A stretch of DNA of 59,271 nt, filler included, from Basidiobolus ranarum (Eukaryota): the NCBI GenBank assembly GCA_040143965.1. It is 6 parts of 6 records of this genome, joined end to end, with 100 filler letters (N's around TTAATTAATTAA, not from the genome) between each part and the next. Parts side by side here need not be neighbours in the genome. Positions count along the whole stretch, not along the records: positions 1 to 9,811 come from JASJQH010007655.1; positions 9,912 to 19,718 come from JASJQH010007656.1; 4 more parts are not named here. One strand, written 5' to 3'. Position 1 is the first letter of the stretch. Every line of letters starts with the position of its first letter. The notes below the pieces were generated by a model. The model saw nothing but the letters and a program-made list of their open reading frames with translations, was not told the DNA's origin and ran no database searches. Of this stretch, positions 1 to 12,818 are shown in pieces. A program made the translations under genes and the position numbers.

Positions 1-141
1 AGGATTTCGGCTATTCATAATCAAATTAGTTGTTTGATTAAATCAAACGTCAGCTAACTAAATCACTTGAGAACAGAAAATTCAAATTGCTGTTGTAAAC
101 TTTGTTCTACTTGAGAGCAGTTGCAAAAACATCAAGACATA

Positions 142-1614
142 ATGGTAAAACTTCAAAACTAGTCTATTTGATTTCCATATTTTAATATACCCATCCTGTG
201 TTACTTTTAACAAAGCATGGACGTCGTAAGGTTGCGACCACAGCAGAATTAGAAAAACTTCGAAAGGAAAAAGAAGTTCATAAGATTAAAGATTACTGTA
301 CCCTCAATGAAACATTACTGAATAAAGTAAGTTCAACTGCATTTGTATTTTCATTTTTATACACTTCTGTTAATTGATTCCTAACTTTTATTGTCACTTG
401 CAAGAAAAAAGATGGTGTTATGGATAAGGAAGCATTTCAGTTGACTACTAAAATGGTTAAAACCAACCCTGAAGCGTACACCGCCTGGAACTATCGTCGC
501 GATATCTTGCAAGCAGATTTTGCCCAACTGTAAGTAACTTTGACAGCTTACGACCATCCGAACTTTTCTCACTTTTACCTGTATAGTTCCGAAACAGAGG
601 TTCAAGAAATCTGCACAAATGAACTACATCTGATAGAAGAGGTATTTAGAATTAATCCGAAATCATATTGGATTTGGAATCACCGAAGCTGGGTGTTACA
701 TAATATGCCACAACCGAACTGGAGGCGTGAACTCCTGCTGGTAGTGAAGATGTTAGACCTTGACCCTAGAAATTGTAAGTTATTGTTACTCTTCCATCCC
801 ACCGGAATGACTACTTAGAATACCATCATATTATACAGTCCATGGGTGGAGTTACCGTCGTAGCGTGGTATCAGAACTTCGTCGTTTGCCATCTGAAGAA
901 GATATTGATAGGATAGAGTTTGACTACACTACGAGTAAGATCAACCAGAGCTTTTCCAACGGTTCCGCTTGGCACTATCGTAGCAAACTCTTGCCTAGCA
1001 TCCTTCTGAAAGCCCCTGCAGATGAAAGAGTCAATCTACTTGAAAACGGTAATTGTATGAAGATAATCGAGATCTCTGACTAGCGACTTAATTCACACCG
1101 ATTTCCCAGAATACGAGTTAGTCAAATCCGCCTTTTATACTGACCCAGAGGACCAAAGCGCCTGGATTTATCACAGATGGCTAATAGGAAAAAGTAAGTT
1201 ATATTTCATGCTGCCTTTCGCTTGGCACTCATTTGACGTACAATTTCATCGAAGATAGAGAGAGTGTTCACTCTGGTAGTCTGGAAGAGTCGATCGACAC
1301 ATCCAATGTGATAGAGAGCATTGGCTTGGACCGTGTTAAAATTCTTGAGCGTGAGATTGAAGCGGTTCGCGAGCTGGTGGAAATAGAGCCTGATTCCAAA
1401 TGTAAGGGTTAGGGTTAGATGTTTACATGTTCGGTGCACGTATTAATTCTTTTTAGGGCCATTGCAAACGCTTGTATACTTACAAGATGAACTCCGGACC
1501 ACTGTTGGCTCGGGAGAAGCAGTAGTAAATGAGATTCGTGAGCATCTCGAAAAACTTCAATCAATTGACCATTTGCGTAGACATCGCTACCAGGATCTCC
1601 AAAAATCACTTTAA
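142..1614 (+). CDS. BET4: Rab geranylgeranyltransferase (GGTase II) alpha subunit, multi-exon
   Basis: ATG|GT micro-exon at 142-144 splices to HGRRKV (MHGR N-terminus). PPTA repeats: [65 protein letters not shown]-terminal [12 protein letters not shown]; stop 1612-1614. Confidence 0.93.
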
Positions 1615-2117
1615 TAAATCACTCCGCTAAACTCCACATTTAAAAATCATGGTCAACGAAGATTTAGCATTATTATTATCTAAATCCCACCGATATGAAG
1701 TTCGATACTTTAAATACGCCTCGGTGTTCGTGGGATTTAGATAAAGATTTATCTCACGACACAGTGTATTGAGATGAGATGATAATGATGGGATTTTCTG
1801 TTAATCAACGGCTGAGTCTCTAACCCAATCAGTTACCCTAACCCACCTCTAGTGCCACTTTTCTATGTGAATTTCTGGTCAGATGTTTGGTAATCGAGTC
1901 TTTCATATAGCCAACCAAACCATACTAGATTGCACCAAGATGATGATGAATGTCTAGACCAAAATGGGTAGAAATAGGTGCATGGTTGGAAATTGATAAG
2001 ATTATCATTCAACGCTACCCCGCACACCCATATAAAGGTGTGAAGAGTTGCGGAAGAGTAGTCCAAGCGTGCAGTCAGGCCAATCCAGCTATCAATATTT
2101 CACTTATCAAACTTAAC

Positions 2118-2918
2118 ATGTCTGAAATCAACCTTCCAACCAAGACTGCTATTAATGATGTTTTCAACACCTATGGTACTTACCTTAACCGTTTCCCACT
2201 CCGCACCAAAGCTATTACTTCGGGTGTTCTTCACGGTTTACAAGAGTTAATTTCCATGAAGATTGCCGAATCTATTGCCAAAAAAGAAAACCCTCTCGCG
2301 TTTGTTGGAGCTTCTGGGGAGAAGAACAAGTTCTTGGTTGCTAACTATTCTAAGATCTGGAAGATGGTTTTGTATGGTACGTTGGTGGTTGTTTTACCAT
2401 TCTGGGGCTTATCACCTTTTCTTTGCTGAATACCTATAATTCTTTAATTAGGTCTTATCCTCAATGGCCCTATTAACCATTATGGTTATTCCCTGCTGGC
2501 CAAGTTCTTCGCTGGTAAAAAGGGACGACTTAACCTTGCTCTTCAGTTGATCGTTGCCAACATCACAATTACTCCTATTATTAACGCAGGTACTTTTTGA
2601 CCATTTTCTAATATGGATTGATATCTAAACTCAAGTGCTAACCTTCTACCAGTTTTCTTGGCATCTATGGCCGTGATTGCCGGTATCACTGATCCAAATC
2701 AAATAATCAACAATGTTAAACGCGGATTCTGGGGGGTCATCAAGAAGAGTTGGATCATCTCTCCTACCATTCAACTTATTGCTAACAAGACTTTACCCTT
2801 GAACATGTGGGTTCCATTCTTCAACGTTGTATTCTTCGTGTTCGGTACATATGTCAACTCTACTACCAAGCTTCGTCTTATTCGCGAAAACAACAAGAAA
2901 ACCGAGGAATCTGAGTAA
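2118..2918 (+). CDS. Mpv17/PMP22 (PXMP2-like) membrane protein, 3 exons
   Basis: YLNRFPLRTKAITSGVL, MVLYG..GPINHYGY and SWIISPTIQLIANKTLPLNMWVPFFNVVFFVFGTYVN are typical family motifs; GT-AG introns. Confidence 0.88.
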
Positions 2919-3580
2919 ATATTTCACCAATTCGATTCTTATGAGTGTCGGCATAGATCATTCCATAAAAGAAGTATTTTAGCTTAGTACACGTCATGTA
3001 TCGCTTCTCCTCATAGCATTCACTCTCATTATTTACTTATAAACACTATTTCATATCGAGTCTCAGTATTATTGATGTCTTGTTGACATAAAAAACCTCG
3101 ATTATAGGAGGTGTATCAAAACATGTTGAGGGTTTGCCAAAGCCTATGATATTCCAAGCATTGCTAGCAATTCTTTCACTAAACTAAGAGGACTGTTTGT
3201 ATAACTTTGCAAGCTCATGTGACACCAGGATATGGCTTATGATTTACCTATAGCAGCAACAATCAAATCTTGGCCTATTTTGGCGATACCTGGTCAAACC
3301 TGTATGAGTCAAGAATGGTATTGAAGGCAAATTAAGATTGAAGTCTATTAAAGAGAGTAGATCAAGACCGGTGCTTCTCAATCGCTTTCTAGCACTGATA
3401 AAGGTATCCTTCTACTCATGCGATAAAGTTAACGTTTGAAGTATGTACAGTATTTCCATTTTAGCTTCAATCAAGGCTTACGTGTGCCCACACGAGGATA
3501 AACAAATTATCAGGATTGGCCGTTAAGAAGTCAAATGTAACAAACACCATATTACGCCATATGTATATACACTACGCACC

Positions 3581-3612
3581 ATACACCCTATACTATACAC
3601 CCTATACTATAC
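3581..3612. repeat. Short tandem repeat (ATACACCCTATACT x~2.3)
   Basis: 14-bp unit directly repeated. Confidence 0.7.
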
Positions 3613-6035
3613 GCCTCGCATCAGACATCATAATCAAAGTCACTAAACAGGCCATCATGATAGGTTGACTCTCACAAGAAGAATCGGACTCTGATCGGTC
3701 GAAAGCTATATGGTTGAGCATCCTACCAGCGTTTTCACCTACATATTCTAGTAGCGTCATCATCCTCACCCTCATCCTCACAAGATCTAGACCATTTTGG
3801 TCCTCGACATTAATATGGAAGAATGATCCAACTGACAGGAATAATATCCATAATTACTCCTAGATATTACCAGAATTGGTAAATCTCGATCTTCTAATGG
3901 TAACCCTAACCCTGGGTACTCAAATGGCTGCTGGCTTTCAAAATCAGTGCGATATTATGGCCATTTGATAATCTAGGATATTTATTTGGTCAAGAATTAG
4001 ACTTCATTAGACTTAACCCAGCCCTCTGGGAATATCTGTAACACCGTCTACTCCACCCCAAAAAATCCCAATTGAGAATATTTTTCGTGACCATGTAAAT
4101 AGCATCAGGTTTGGTCTCGATTGTACCACGTTGGTTCCGAAACCTGTTTAAAATGGTATTTCTACCAATACTTCAAATACCAACAAATACCGCTGAACCC
4201 TAACCCTTCTCTTGAGTCCAATCTATCGAAGCCAACCCAAGGAAAGAACTGAACGATAACTCGACATTATAACTGCGTGGTTGGATAAATTTCTGAGCAA
4301 AATAAGCATTAGAAGTGTTTCTCAGGCAAGATAATGCTCTCTCTTAATAAAGTTTCTGCAATTTGTAGATTTATTCCTTTGAATAAGCATTTAGGCGATA
4401 GATAGGAATCATTTGTGCACCAGAAGAAGTATACAGTTGATTCAGATTTAGTGGAAATATTTGCCTTTGGTGTTTAAGGGTGTGTTGACACCAAATTTGT
4501 TTCTCCTTCCAGATGGCGGTTGGTTGGCTATTTCTTTTGCGATATACTGTGTAAATTTTTACCAGATGCCTCTCACTAATCCGCATCCTAAGCCCGATAA
4601 GCTTGGAGCGATTTGATTAATAGCAGACACCATAGCTTACGAAGGGTCCTTTAAATATGCCAATCTGAATCAAGTCCTGCCATAGCGAGATAAGACTGAG
4701 CATATAAGGAGTGCAAATTGTTTCATTCAGCAATGTTGCTACCTTGACTACGATTTAGAACAACGACCTTACTGTGCATCATATAATTCTCACAAAGAAA
4801 TTTGCCAGGTAGTTACACAAAGGTCATACCCTCTGTCACGAAGATATATTTAATTATTTCCAATTAATTACATTAACAATACGAAATGCTGACCGCTTAG
4901 ACTGCCATGGATATAATCCGTGTCTAAATTAAACCTCCATTCTATTTGTTCTAGAGTAGCCACGGATAATATAGCAAAGTGAGTGTCCCCGTCTTCTCTT
5001 CACGGTCCATTTAGATAGTAATAATTCGTTCTCTGCACTTGCCCCTTTGCTGGCGAAACGTATGTTGAGTAAAATCTTTACAAGTCGAAGCACCATAAAA
5101 GAGAAAACATTCAAGAGCCCATAATATGTTACGCATAGCTAAGGTAAATTGTTTTGATACATATGGCAAGCACCCTAACTCTAGGAAATGAAACATACGA
5201 AATTTATAATCATATACAAATTTATTTATCTATTTCTTATATTTAAATTTATCACAACTAACTAGTTGTGGCAATTGACAATTAAGTGGATGATTGGCAA
5301 GAAAGCATTCATTGGGAAGACACATTTCCGATGTATATATATAAATGCAGAGTAGATTCCAATTTAGTCTTTCAATCTTTCCTCATTTTTCTAACTTGTA
5401 CTCAATCTCTTCTGAAACCTCAGTCTGTACGTCAACTCCCCCTGGTTACTTGCCTCTCTACATAGTTGTCTCTCTCTTTTTCTTGACGATTATTTACCAT
5501 AGCTGTAGTACTTCTGAACTTTTTTCCTTTATACGCTTTGGTAGACTCTTTTCTATACCTAGTTTTAAAACTTGCCACCGTTGTATAAATAGCTGGTTGC
5601 TCTTTTGCTTGCAGTATTTAGAGACTCTCCAAGTAATTTCAAGTCTAACTACCAAAAGGATCTGACTTTAAACTCCAAAAGTCCCTTCCTTACGCAACTT
5701 ATCGAACTTACATAGACGCTGGTTTACCTACTGGTGATAATTTTTTCAGAGGTGAGTTTTCTTATTTGATGTCAATCTTGGCTTTCAACAGTACTCTTTA
5801 CTGCTTCACCTTTTCGGTTTATTCTTTACTTGGATAAGTTTTATGACTGATGCACACTTACGGAATACTTCAAACTTAGATAATAACCGGATACTTTCCG
5901 AATACAACTAACTGAAGGTTCCCTAAACTTTAAAGTGGGCTTTCTAACTACTCAAGAAAATTCAGTGGTTCACCAACCGTGTTGAACACTTAATATCCTC
6001 CTCCCCACTTTTTGGAACGAAAATTCTCTGCTATC

Positions 6036-7101
6036 ATGATTGATATCCAAGGTCAATCCGGAAAAATGCAAGACCCTCTTGATACAAACAAAATGGTCAA
6101 TCGTAATCGCTCTAGTAATGGACGTTTTAAATCCACTAAAAAACGAACATCTGGGTCCAATAGACGAACATCTCGCACCAGTTCTAAAGAAACCTCAACC
6201 ATCTCGGATGTTTCCCTGGATAAAGAGGATGAAATCTCCAAAATCCCCACCAAATCTTCTATGGAATCCAAGAGTAATCAAACTAAACGATCTTCAAGAA
6301 ATGAAAGCCCAAGATCTGAAAAATCTACCGAATCTGACACCTCTGATATCTCTTCTATACTGAATCGTCCAAATACAAGAAGGTTACGAAGATTGGTTGG
6401 GGATACTTCACGTGTTTCCGAAGAGCTACCAACACGAGAGAAACCCGAAACTAACACAAAGGTTGAACAACCTACTGAATCTTTAGATAACCATAAACCT
6501 GTTACAAATAGTCGAAAGAGAAAACGAACAGTTGAAGAGCAAAAACCATCCCAATCAGAACAGGAATCATCCACTTCTCCATCGAAAACAACCATCAGTG
6601 ATCCAACCCCTTCTTCATCAAACGAAGTGGAAAAAGTTTCTGAAAACACGAAAAATTCCCATTCAGAAAAAAAGTTGGAAAAGAGGAGTCCCGAAAAAAC
6701 CTCCACCAGTTCCAAAAGATCGAAAACCAAAAAAACCGGGAAAACCAGACCAGAAAAGAAAAATCAATCACCTCAGATACAAGGTAGATTATTCATATAT
6801 TTTCTTGGTAAGAATGTCATTAACATTTACCCTGTATTTAGTAAGTTATATATATCTGCCGAAAAATGAGCATGCCAATGCTATTCAAAGATTGCAGTAT
6901 CTCCGTGAAGAATACAAGAAACTCACGTCTCAAGTGGAGAACTGGCATATCGAGATCAAACGTCTTACTGAGCCTGAAGAGACGGAACCCCATGTGGAAG
7001 GGGAGGCGGAGGAAGAAGAAGAGGAAGAGATCATTCCATTGATCGTACAACGGCCACAACGTACAAGGAGAAAACCCACACGAATCCTGTATGATCATTG
7101 A
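6036..7101 (+). CDS. Hypothetical S/K/E/T-rich disordered protein with C-terminal coiled coil and basic tail
   Basis: Long ORF 6012-6869 joined by a frame-consistent GT-AG intron (6784-6841) to ORF 6532-7101 (AIQRLQYLREEYKKLTSQVENW; acidic run; RPQRTRRKPTR). Start codon uncertain. Confidence 0.6.
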
Positions 7102-8290
7102 GGGTTTATCAGAGGTTCTTGAGAATAGACACGTCTATCACTCGAAGCAACTTTTCATTGTATATATATATATGTAATTGAGGATATTAAGTGGAGTTCG
7201 TTTTGATGACTGGAATGTTTTTCGCCCTCTTCTTTCTACAGGGTCAACTAGGTCTGGTCAGACTTTTCCCATTGTCATGTTGTATATCAGGAGTGAATGA
7301 ATTTTGTAAAAAAATGGGTTTCAATTGAGAATAAATCCATTCATTTTGGTCCCAAATTCTATGATGTTTAACCATGGTTGACCGCCAACATACCACGAAA
7401 TATTTCACTTGAAAATCCAATCATTAGGTGTTGATCAGGATCCAGATCCATGGAATCCTGGCGTCAACATTCATTTACTCAGCTTGGAGAGCAATTTTGA
7501 ATGGAGATTTTCAGTTCTAGACGTAGAATTCCCGACTTTCCTTTGTGAACTAACTCAAGTGCAGTGTGATGCAAATGCAGATGCGGATATAGTGGGTTAG
7601 TGATTCTAGAATAATAGGCTGAAATAGAACCGGTTCTATTGATTGGTTGAAAGGTATACCATAATATCAAATGGGATGATTTTTCCAGTTAAGGTGAAAA
7701 TTGGAGTGGGAGTGTCAGTAGAGAAGCAGGGGAAATAGGTCAATGTGAAGGGTAATGGTAATGGTATTGTAATGGCCTCTTAGATACCAATCATATACCA
7801 ATCACTACAGAAATAGTAATCAATATTCAGTACGAATGGGGTTAGGACGTGTTGTGTTACTCAATCAAAGTATTGCAGACACACCAAAATCTTGTATAGG
7901 CGATTGGGGTTGGTGATATACATACATTCAGATATCGGATGAAGGCGAAGATCTGACCGAACAATTCTTCAGTGAAATCAAGAACCTCTATGATGTCATC
8001 GTGAGATCATCTCTTCCGGTAATAATCACCGCCAGTGTGATTGAAACTTAAATTCACTAAAGTATAGTCAGATCAAGTATGAATGGCAAACAGTACTTTG
8101 GATTCAATGGTCAACAAGACTTCTGCTTTCTCACAAGAGGATTTATTGGCTAATCTTTTCTCACGTGAAATATTTGAAATATAAGTAAACACTACATTAG
8201 AAAACTGGGATATATATATATAAACTTGCCCTATAAATTCAATTTATGAAATGAAAGCGATGATTGTAACATCTCTTTGATGTATGCTAG

Positions 8291-8628
8291 TGTTGAAATT
8301 AGCATTGCCTAAACACCTATATTAGAGGAATTGGTGGTTTTTATTTATTGATTTATTGAGTAGAAAGTTGACATTTATAGTTTTGTAAAGATATAAAAAA
8401 ACTAATGTGTAGAATGTGTTAAGGAAGGTCCCAGGAACATGTGTGCAAAGTTTGGGGCTTCTAGCACTAGTTTCAAAAATCTATATATCTGAGAACTTCT
8501 AAGTTGGTAAAAATATTCCAAGTAAATTCCAATTGAGAATAATGGATGATATCTTAATATATTATAAGATAACTAAGTACTAAGCTATATATGACTATAT
8601 AGGTGTTTAGGCAATGCTAATTTCAACA
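8291..8628 (-). mobile_element. Ty1/Copia 3' LTR (rearranged) with 32-bp perfect terminal inverted repeat
   Basis: TGTTG...CAACA ends; preceded on the minus strand by a polypurine tract GAGGGAGAG (8629-8637) right after the RNase H region; homologous to copies at 45.1-45.8 kb and 49.3 kb. Confidence 0.85.
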
Positions 8629-8643
8629 CTCTCCCTCAACTAA

Positions 8644-9660
8644 ATAGTCATATATACTAATCCTACTAAAGGTCTAAATTTCTCAAATTTCTGTCTAGCT
8701 AATGGTTTTGTTAATATATCAGCAATCATGTCTTCTGTAGAACTATAAGTTAAGTCAATAAACCTATTCTCTCCAGTCTCTCTAATAAAGTCATGCTTAA
8801 TATCTATAGGTTTGCTTCTATTATGAAAAGTGGGATTTTTAGCAAATTTGATGTAACTTTGATTATCTTGAAATATTGTAGTTGGTGAGTTTTCAGAATA
8901 ACCTAAATCTGTTAGGATTTTTCTTTACCATATTGCTTCTTTTGTTGGTTCACAGGCAGCCATATACTCTGCTTCTGTTGTTGAAAGTGCTATGATGGGT
9001 TGTTTCTTTGAATTCCCATAAATAGCACCATTACAGCAAAGAAACAAGTAACCTGTTATAGATATCCTGTCTTCAATATCTCTTCCCCAATTTGCATCTG
9101 AATATCCCTTCAGATCAAAGTTTGATCTAGAATCTGTGTATTTTAGACACAGATCCACAGCTCATCTCAAATATATGAAAATCCACTTAACTGCTATGAT
9201 TTGATCAGATCCATAATTTTGAAGATATTGGCACTTAACTCCCACAGAATATGCAATATCTGGCAATATTCCAATCATGATATACATCAAACCACCAACC
9301 ACAGATTGATAAGGAAATTTCTGGCTTTCATTTGAATCCAAAAACATCCAATTAGAACCATTTTTGGTCATCTTAAGATTTGTCTCCATTGGGATAGATA
9401 CTGAATTACATTCTTCCATGTTAAACTTCTTTGATACAACTAGGATACACTTAGACTGGTTTAAAGTTATTGTTTTGATAGCTCTATCTATCTTAATTTT
9501 GATTCCATAATAGTATGAAAGTTCTCCAAGATCAGTCATTTTAAATTTGGCAGATAAGCTGGATTTGGTTTTCTCCAAAGTCTTCAAGTCATTAGTTACT
9601 ATAATAAGGTTATCTACATATAAGGCTAATACAACTGGGTTTGTCTTATCTGGCCTGCAG
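8644..9660 (-). mobile_element. Degenerate Ty1/Copia pol (RT + RNase H) with in-frame stops
   Basis: LYVDN (YVDD mutated), KFKMTDLGEL, PYQSVVGGLMY..PDIAYSV, GYSDANW, ALSTTEAEYMA, DNQS..NPTFHNRSKPIDIKH, DMIADILTKPL; stops near 9160 and 8925; 5' part missing. Confidence 0.95.
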
Positions 9661-9811
9661 TAGATACTGTTGGATAATTAATCTTTATTCAACATCATAT
9701 TTAACTTTAGTTATGATACATATATCAGAAACAGAAAGCAATGTATCTATAGCCCCTATATTCTAAATAGGTATATCTCTATATCTATATAACAAGTATG
9801 TCTTATTACCC

Positions 9812-9911
9812 NNNNNNNNNNNNNNNNNNNNNNNNNNNNNNNNNNNNNNNNNNNNTTAATTAATTAANNNNNNNNNNNNNNNNNNNNNNNNNNNNNNNNN
9901 NNNNNNNNNNN
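9812..9911. other. Artificial assembly spacer (N44-TTAATTAATTAA-N44); also at 19719-19818, 29619-29718, 39512-39611, 49397-49496
   Basis: Five identical 100-bp N runs with a six-frame stop linker. Confidence 0.98.
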
Positions 9912-10516
9912 AATGGAAATGAAACAGCTCTTGATTGGTATCATTACCGTGGCTCCAGCTGAGTTACCGCTTAAATACTTGGAAGGCTAGGCGAGTTTCA
10001 TTGATTTCCTAGAATTCATTACTAGGATTTATGCAAAAACGTTTACTCTGAACGTAGTTAAAAGCAATTTGATAACTCAAGCCCATGGTTTCCATAACAT
10101 AAGCGACTACAAACGCTGGAGCACGAGATATACCACTTTCACAGTGAATCAACACTCGACCACCTTCAGAAATGGCTTGATCAATAAAGCTTTTGACTGT
10201 TGGAAACTGTCTGATAAGATTTTGAAGTGTATCATCTGAGACCTCGATAAGTAGATACTTCAATGCTTCGGGAAAGTATGGTCTCATAAAAAAGGCCTCA
10301 TCTACACTACGAAGGCACACGATATGTGTGATTTGGTTTTGTGTGAGGGTGGGTAAAGACTTGGCCACTGAATACGTCCTAAATAAAGGTTTGGTAATAT
10401 TTCTTGCATTTCACGACGCATTTCATAACGCCATTCAGGGACCTCATTGTAATCCTAATACTAAAGTTAGTATTATAGAGGAATATGAAGAGAAGGAGAT
10501 AACATACCAAGTCCAT
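9912..10516 (-). CDS. STYX-like dual-specificity phosphatase-family protein (1-nt frameshift near 10376; 3' end unresolved at contig edge)
   Basis: Exon 1 MDL, then EWRYEMRREMQEILPNLYLG/YSVAKS...ITHIVCLR...FFMRPYFP...VLIHCESGISRAPAFVVAYVM...VQSKRFCINP, closely resembling STYX. Confidence 0.85.
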
Positions 10517-11043
10517 TGAATAAATCCCAATTTATTAATTGACAAACAGAGGTGAAGTTGATAGAAGAAACAGCTAGGTGTTTCAACTTGAAGGATAATA
10601 CTACCAAAGGAATAAAGAGAAAGGGTAACTTAATCTACGTATGGGTAGATTTATTTCGAGTTTGTTAAAATTTATATTAAGATTTTTAATAAAGTAATCA
10701 TTAGTAATCTTCTAGGGAATAACTTCAGGATTTGTACCATTCTTGACTATCAAATGGGATTCCGTCATTGAGCAATCCACTATTTCAGTTGGAAGTCAAA
10801 TAGTACAATCGTACACGAATATATAAATGATTTTGTGATCAAAATCGCAGTAGATTAACGAGTGGATCCGATTTCCAGCATTTATCCATCCTGGTTACTC
10901 ATAATACATATTATATACCTGAAAGTGCCTATTTGAAGTGTGAATACTTTTTATATTTGTATTAGTTGTGGCTTTCTTGTCATTTAAGAAATGTATTACA
11001 ACAAACAAGAGGCGCTTTCTACAGCATTACAAAAAGAGGACAA

Positions 11044-12416
11044 ATGTTTGGTATGTGAAAGAGAAGTGCTGTGTTGTAATCCCAAAAATCAAACGTTAAC
11101 ATAGATACTTGAAGTCTAAGGAATTGGAATGGCTATTGGATACGCAGCTAGAGCCTACCCTGAGCATGGTCAAAGAACATCTTGAGGTGAGCTTATTACT
11201 AACTGGTATTATTTAAGCTATTCATAGAGGCTTACGTTGAATTTTAGTCAGCTCGAGAGGTGTACATAGCTGCATCAAAAGGTTTGATAATTATAGCTGA
11301 ATAGAGGTTTTTACTCACACTTGATATTAATAGACGTATATAATTCCTTCCAAACAGCAGAAAATTCCGTAAATACTCTGGCTTTATCCTCTACAAAGTA
11401 TGGTTTTTAGTTAACAACTGTATCGGAGATTACTCCTAACTGACCTGTTCTTTTTCAAATATTTCTAACAGTAGCGATGCTTTAAAAGGATTTGTAAAAA
11501 TCTCAGGATTTCAGCTTCGTAGAGCGGTTGGTTATTGATAAATTCTCAATATAAAGAAACATCATGATATTAAACATATCTTTTTAATAGGACCTTCAAA
11601 TCAAGCTTCCCGGTTTCAACAAAGGTCACTTATTCCAGAGTTCACTTCAACCTACAAAACCTTACACTTTAGAGCAGGTAACAGGTTTGATTGATATTAT
11701 GCAGGAATATTACGTACTCACTCGATTTTTTACTATTTAGATACAAACTTCACATAATTACTTGGAACTTGCTTGGGAAGAGTTGGAATTTGGAAGATTT
11801 CCAAGATATAAAGATGCCGTGAAGAATGTTAGTTAAAACTCAGTCATGATGTCACTTTCACTTGTTTGAATCTAACCCATCTTGGTATAGCATCTAGAGA
11901 GCATACTCAACTTCATTAACAGAGGAATTGAATCGTTGCATAAAGTAGACGAAGAGAAATTATTTCCGAATAAAGTATGCGATCCAAAGGTCAATATTCT
12001 CATGGACTTGAAATATTATTCTTTACAAATATTGAAACTTTTAATCTTCTATCTTAGATGTTTCAACCCGAACTGCCTTCAGATCTGATTGTTCAATTCT
12101 ACGTCAAAGGTAGTGCTATTGTAGCAAATGCATTGACCATTCAACTGCACCAAAATATGCCAACAAGTTCAGGCATTTTAAGAAAGAAAAATACTCACAA
12201 AATCAAGTAAGACTTAAGACCTTTCACAAAAGAATATTCATAATCAATTTCTAACTCATATGCTTTCCTAGTCAATATAAAGGAATGTACGCTGAAATTA
12301 CCGGCGAAATTGCCGTTGAAACGCACTGCCCATCACTTGCTGCTGCTTTAAGCGGTCTAACACAGGCTGCTATTGCTTGCCAACAGCTCCTTGCTAAACT
12401 CTCAGCATTTGCATGA
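11044..12416 (+). CDS. Rogdi / RAVE complex subunit Rav2-like protein, many short exons
   Basis: Manually spliced exons: KELEWLLDTQLEPTL, NTLALSS..SDALKGFVKISG, PYTLEQ..IQTSHNYL, LFPNKVCDPK.MFQPELPSDLIVQFYV, EIAVETHCPSL..CQQLLAKLSAFA*. Absent from the ORF track. Confidence 0.8.
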
Positions 12417-12818
12417 AACCATATTTCTTTAATAGTTTTAAAAAATTAGTTCTCTTGATATCTGACAGTGTACGTGAATAAATGGCAAAGTAACAAATAT
12501 GTAAGGTAGGGGTTAGTCCCAGAGCAGTAGGGTAGTCTTATTACATGAAAATCCTACTAGACACGGTCACAAAATTCAGCTGAATGGGCTATTTATTTAA
12601 TGACAATAGTATAGGTGATTTAAGTTAAGAATTATACATGGGTCGAGAAGTAGTTGAAGTAATAATCTGCAACCACCTTTTGGACTCCAGCCACGATTTA
12701 AATGACCAATGCGAAATAGTCTATTCACCCATCATGGGGTGTCAGCAACTTAGACATGTAAAATTGTGAAACTGATGATGTTATGCAAATGATTTGTAAT
12801 GAATATAGATAGATAGAA

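Noticed and set aside
1404-1418. Telomere-like AGGGTTAGGGTTAG in a BET4 intron (also TAACCCTAACCC at ~3901)
   Set aside because: Only about two units; expected by chance.
6278-6730. 150-aa minus-strand ORF and other overlapping ORFs at 6.0-6.7 kb
   Set aside because: Antisense or alternate-frame shadows of the low-complexity plus-strand gene.
7250-8180. Possible minus-strand exons (e.g. KYFVVCWRS...IWDQNEW, vaguely chromodomain-like)
   Set aside because: No consistent spliced model or clear motif could be built.
9856-9867. TTAATTAATTAA palindrome recurring every ~9.9 kb
   Set aside because: Artificial linker inside N spacers, not a biological repeat or CRISPR array.
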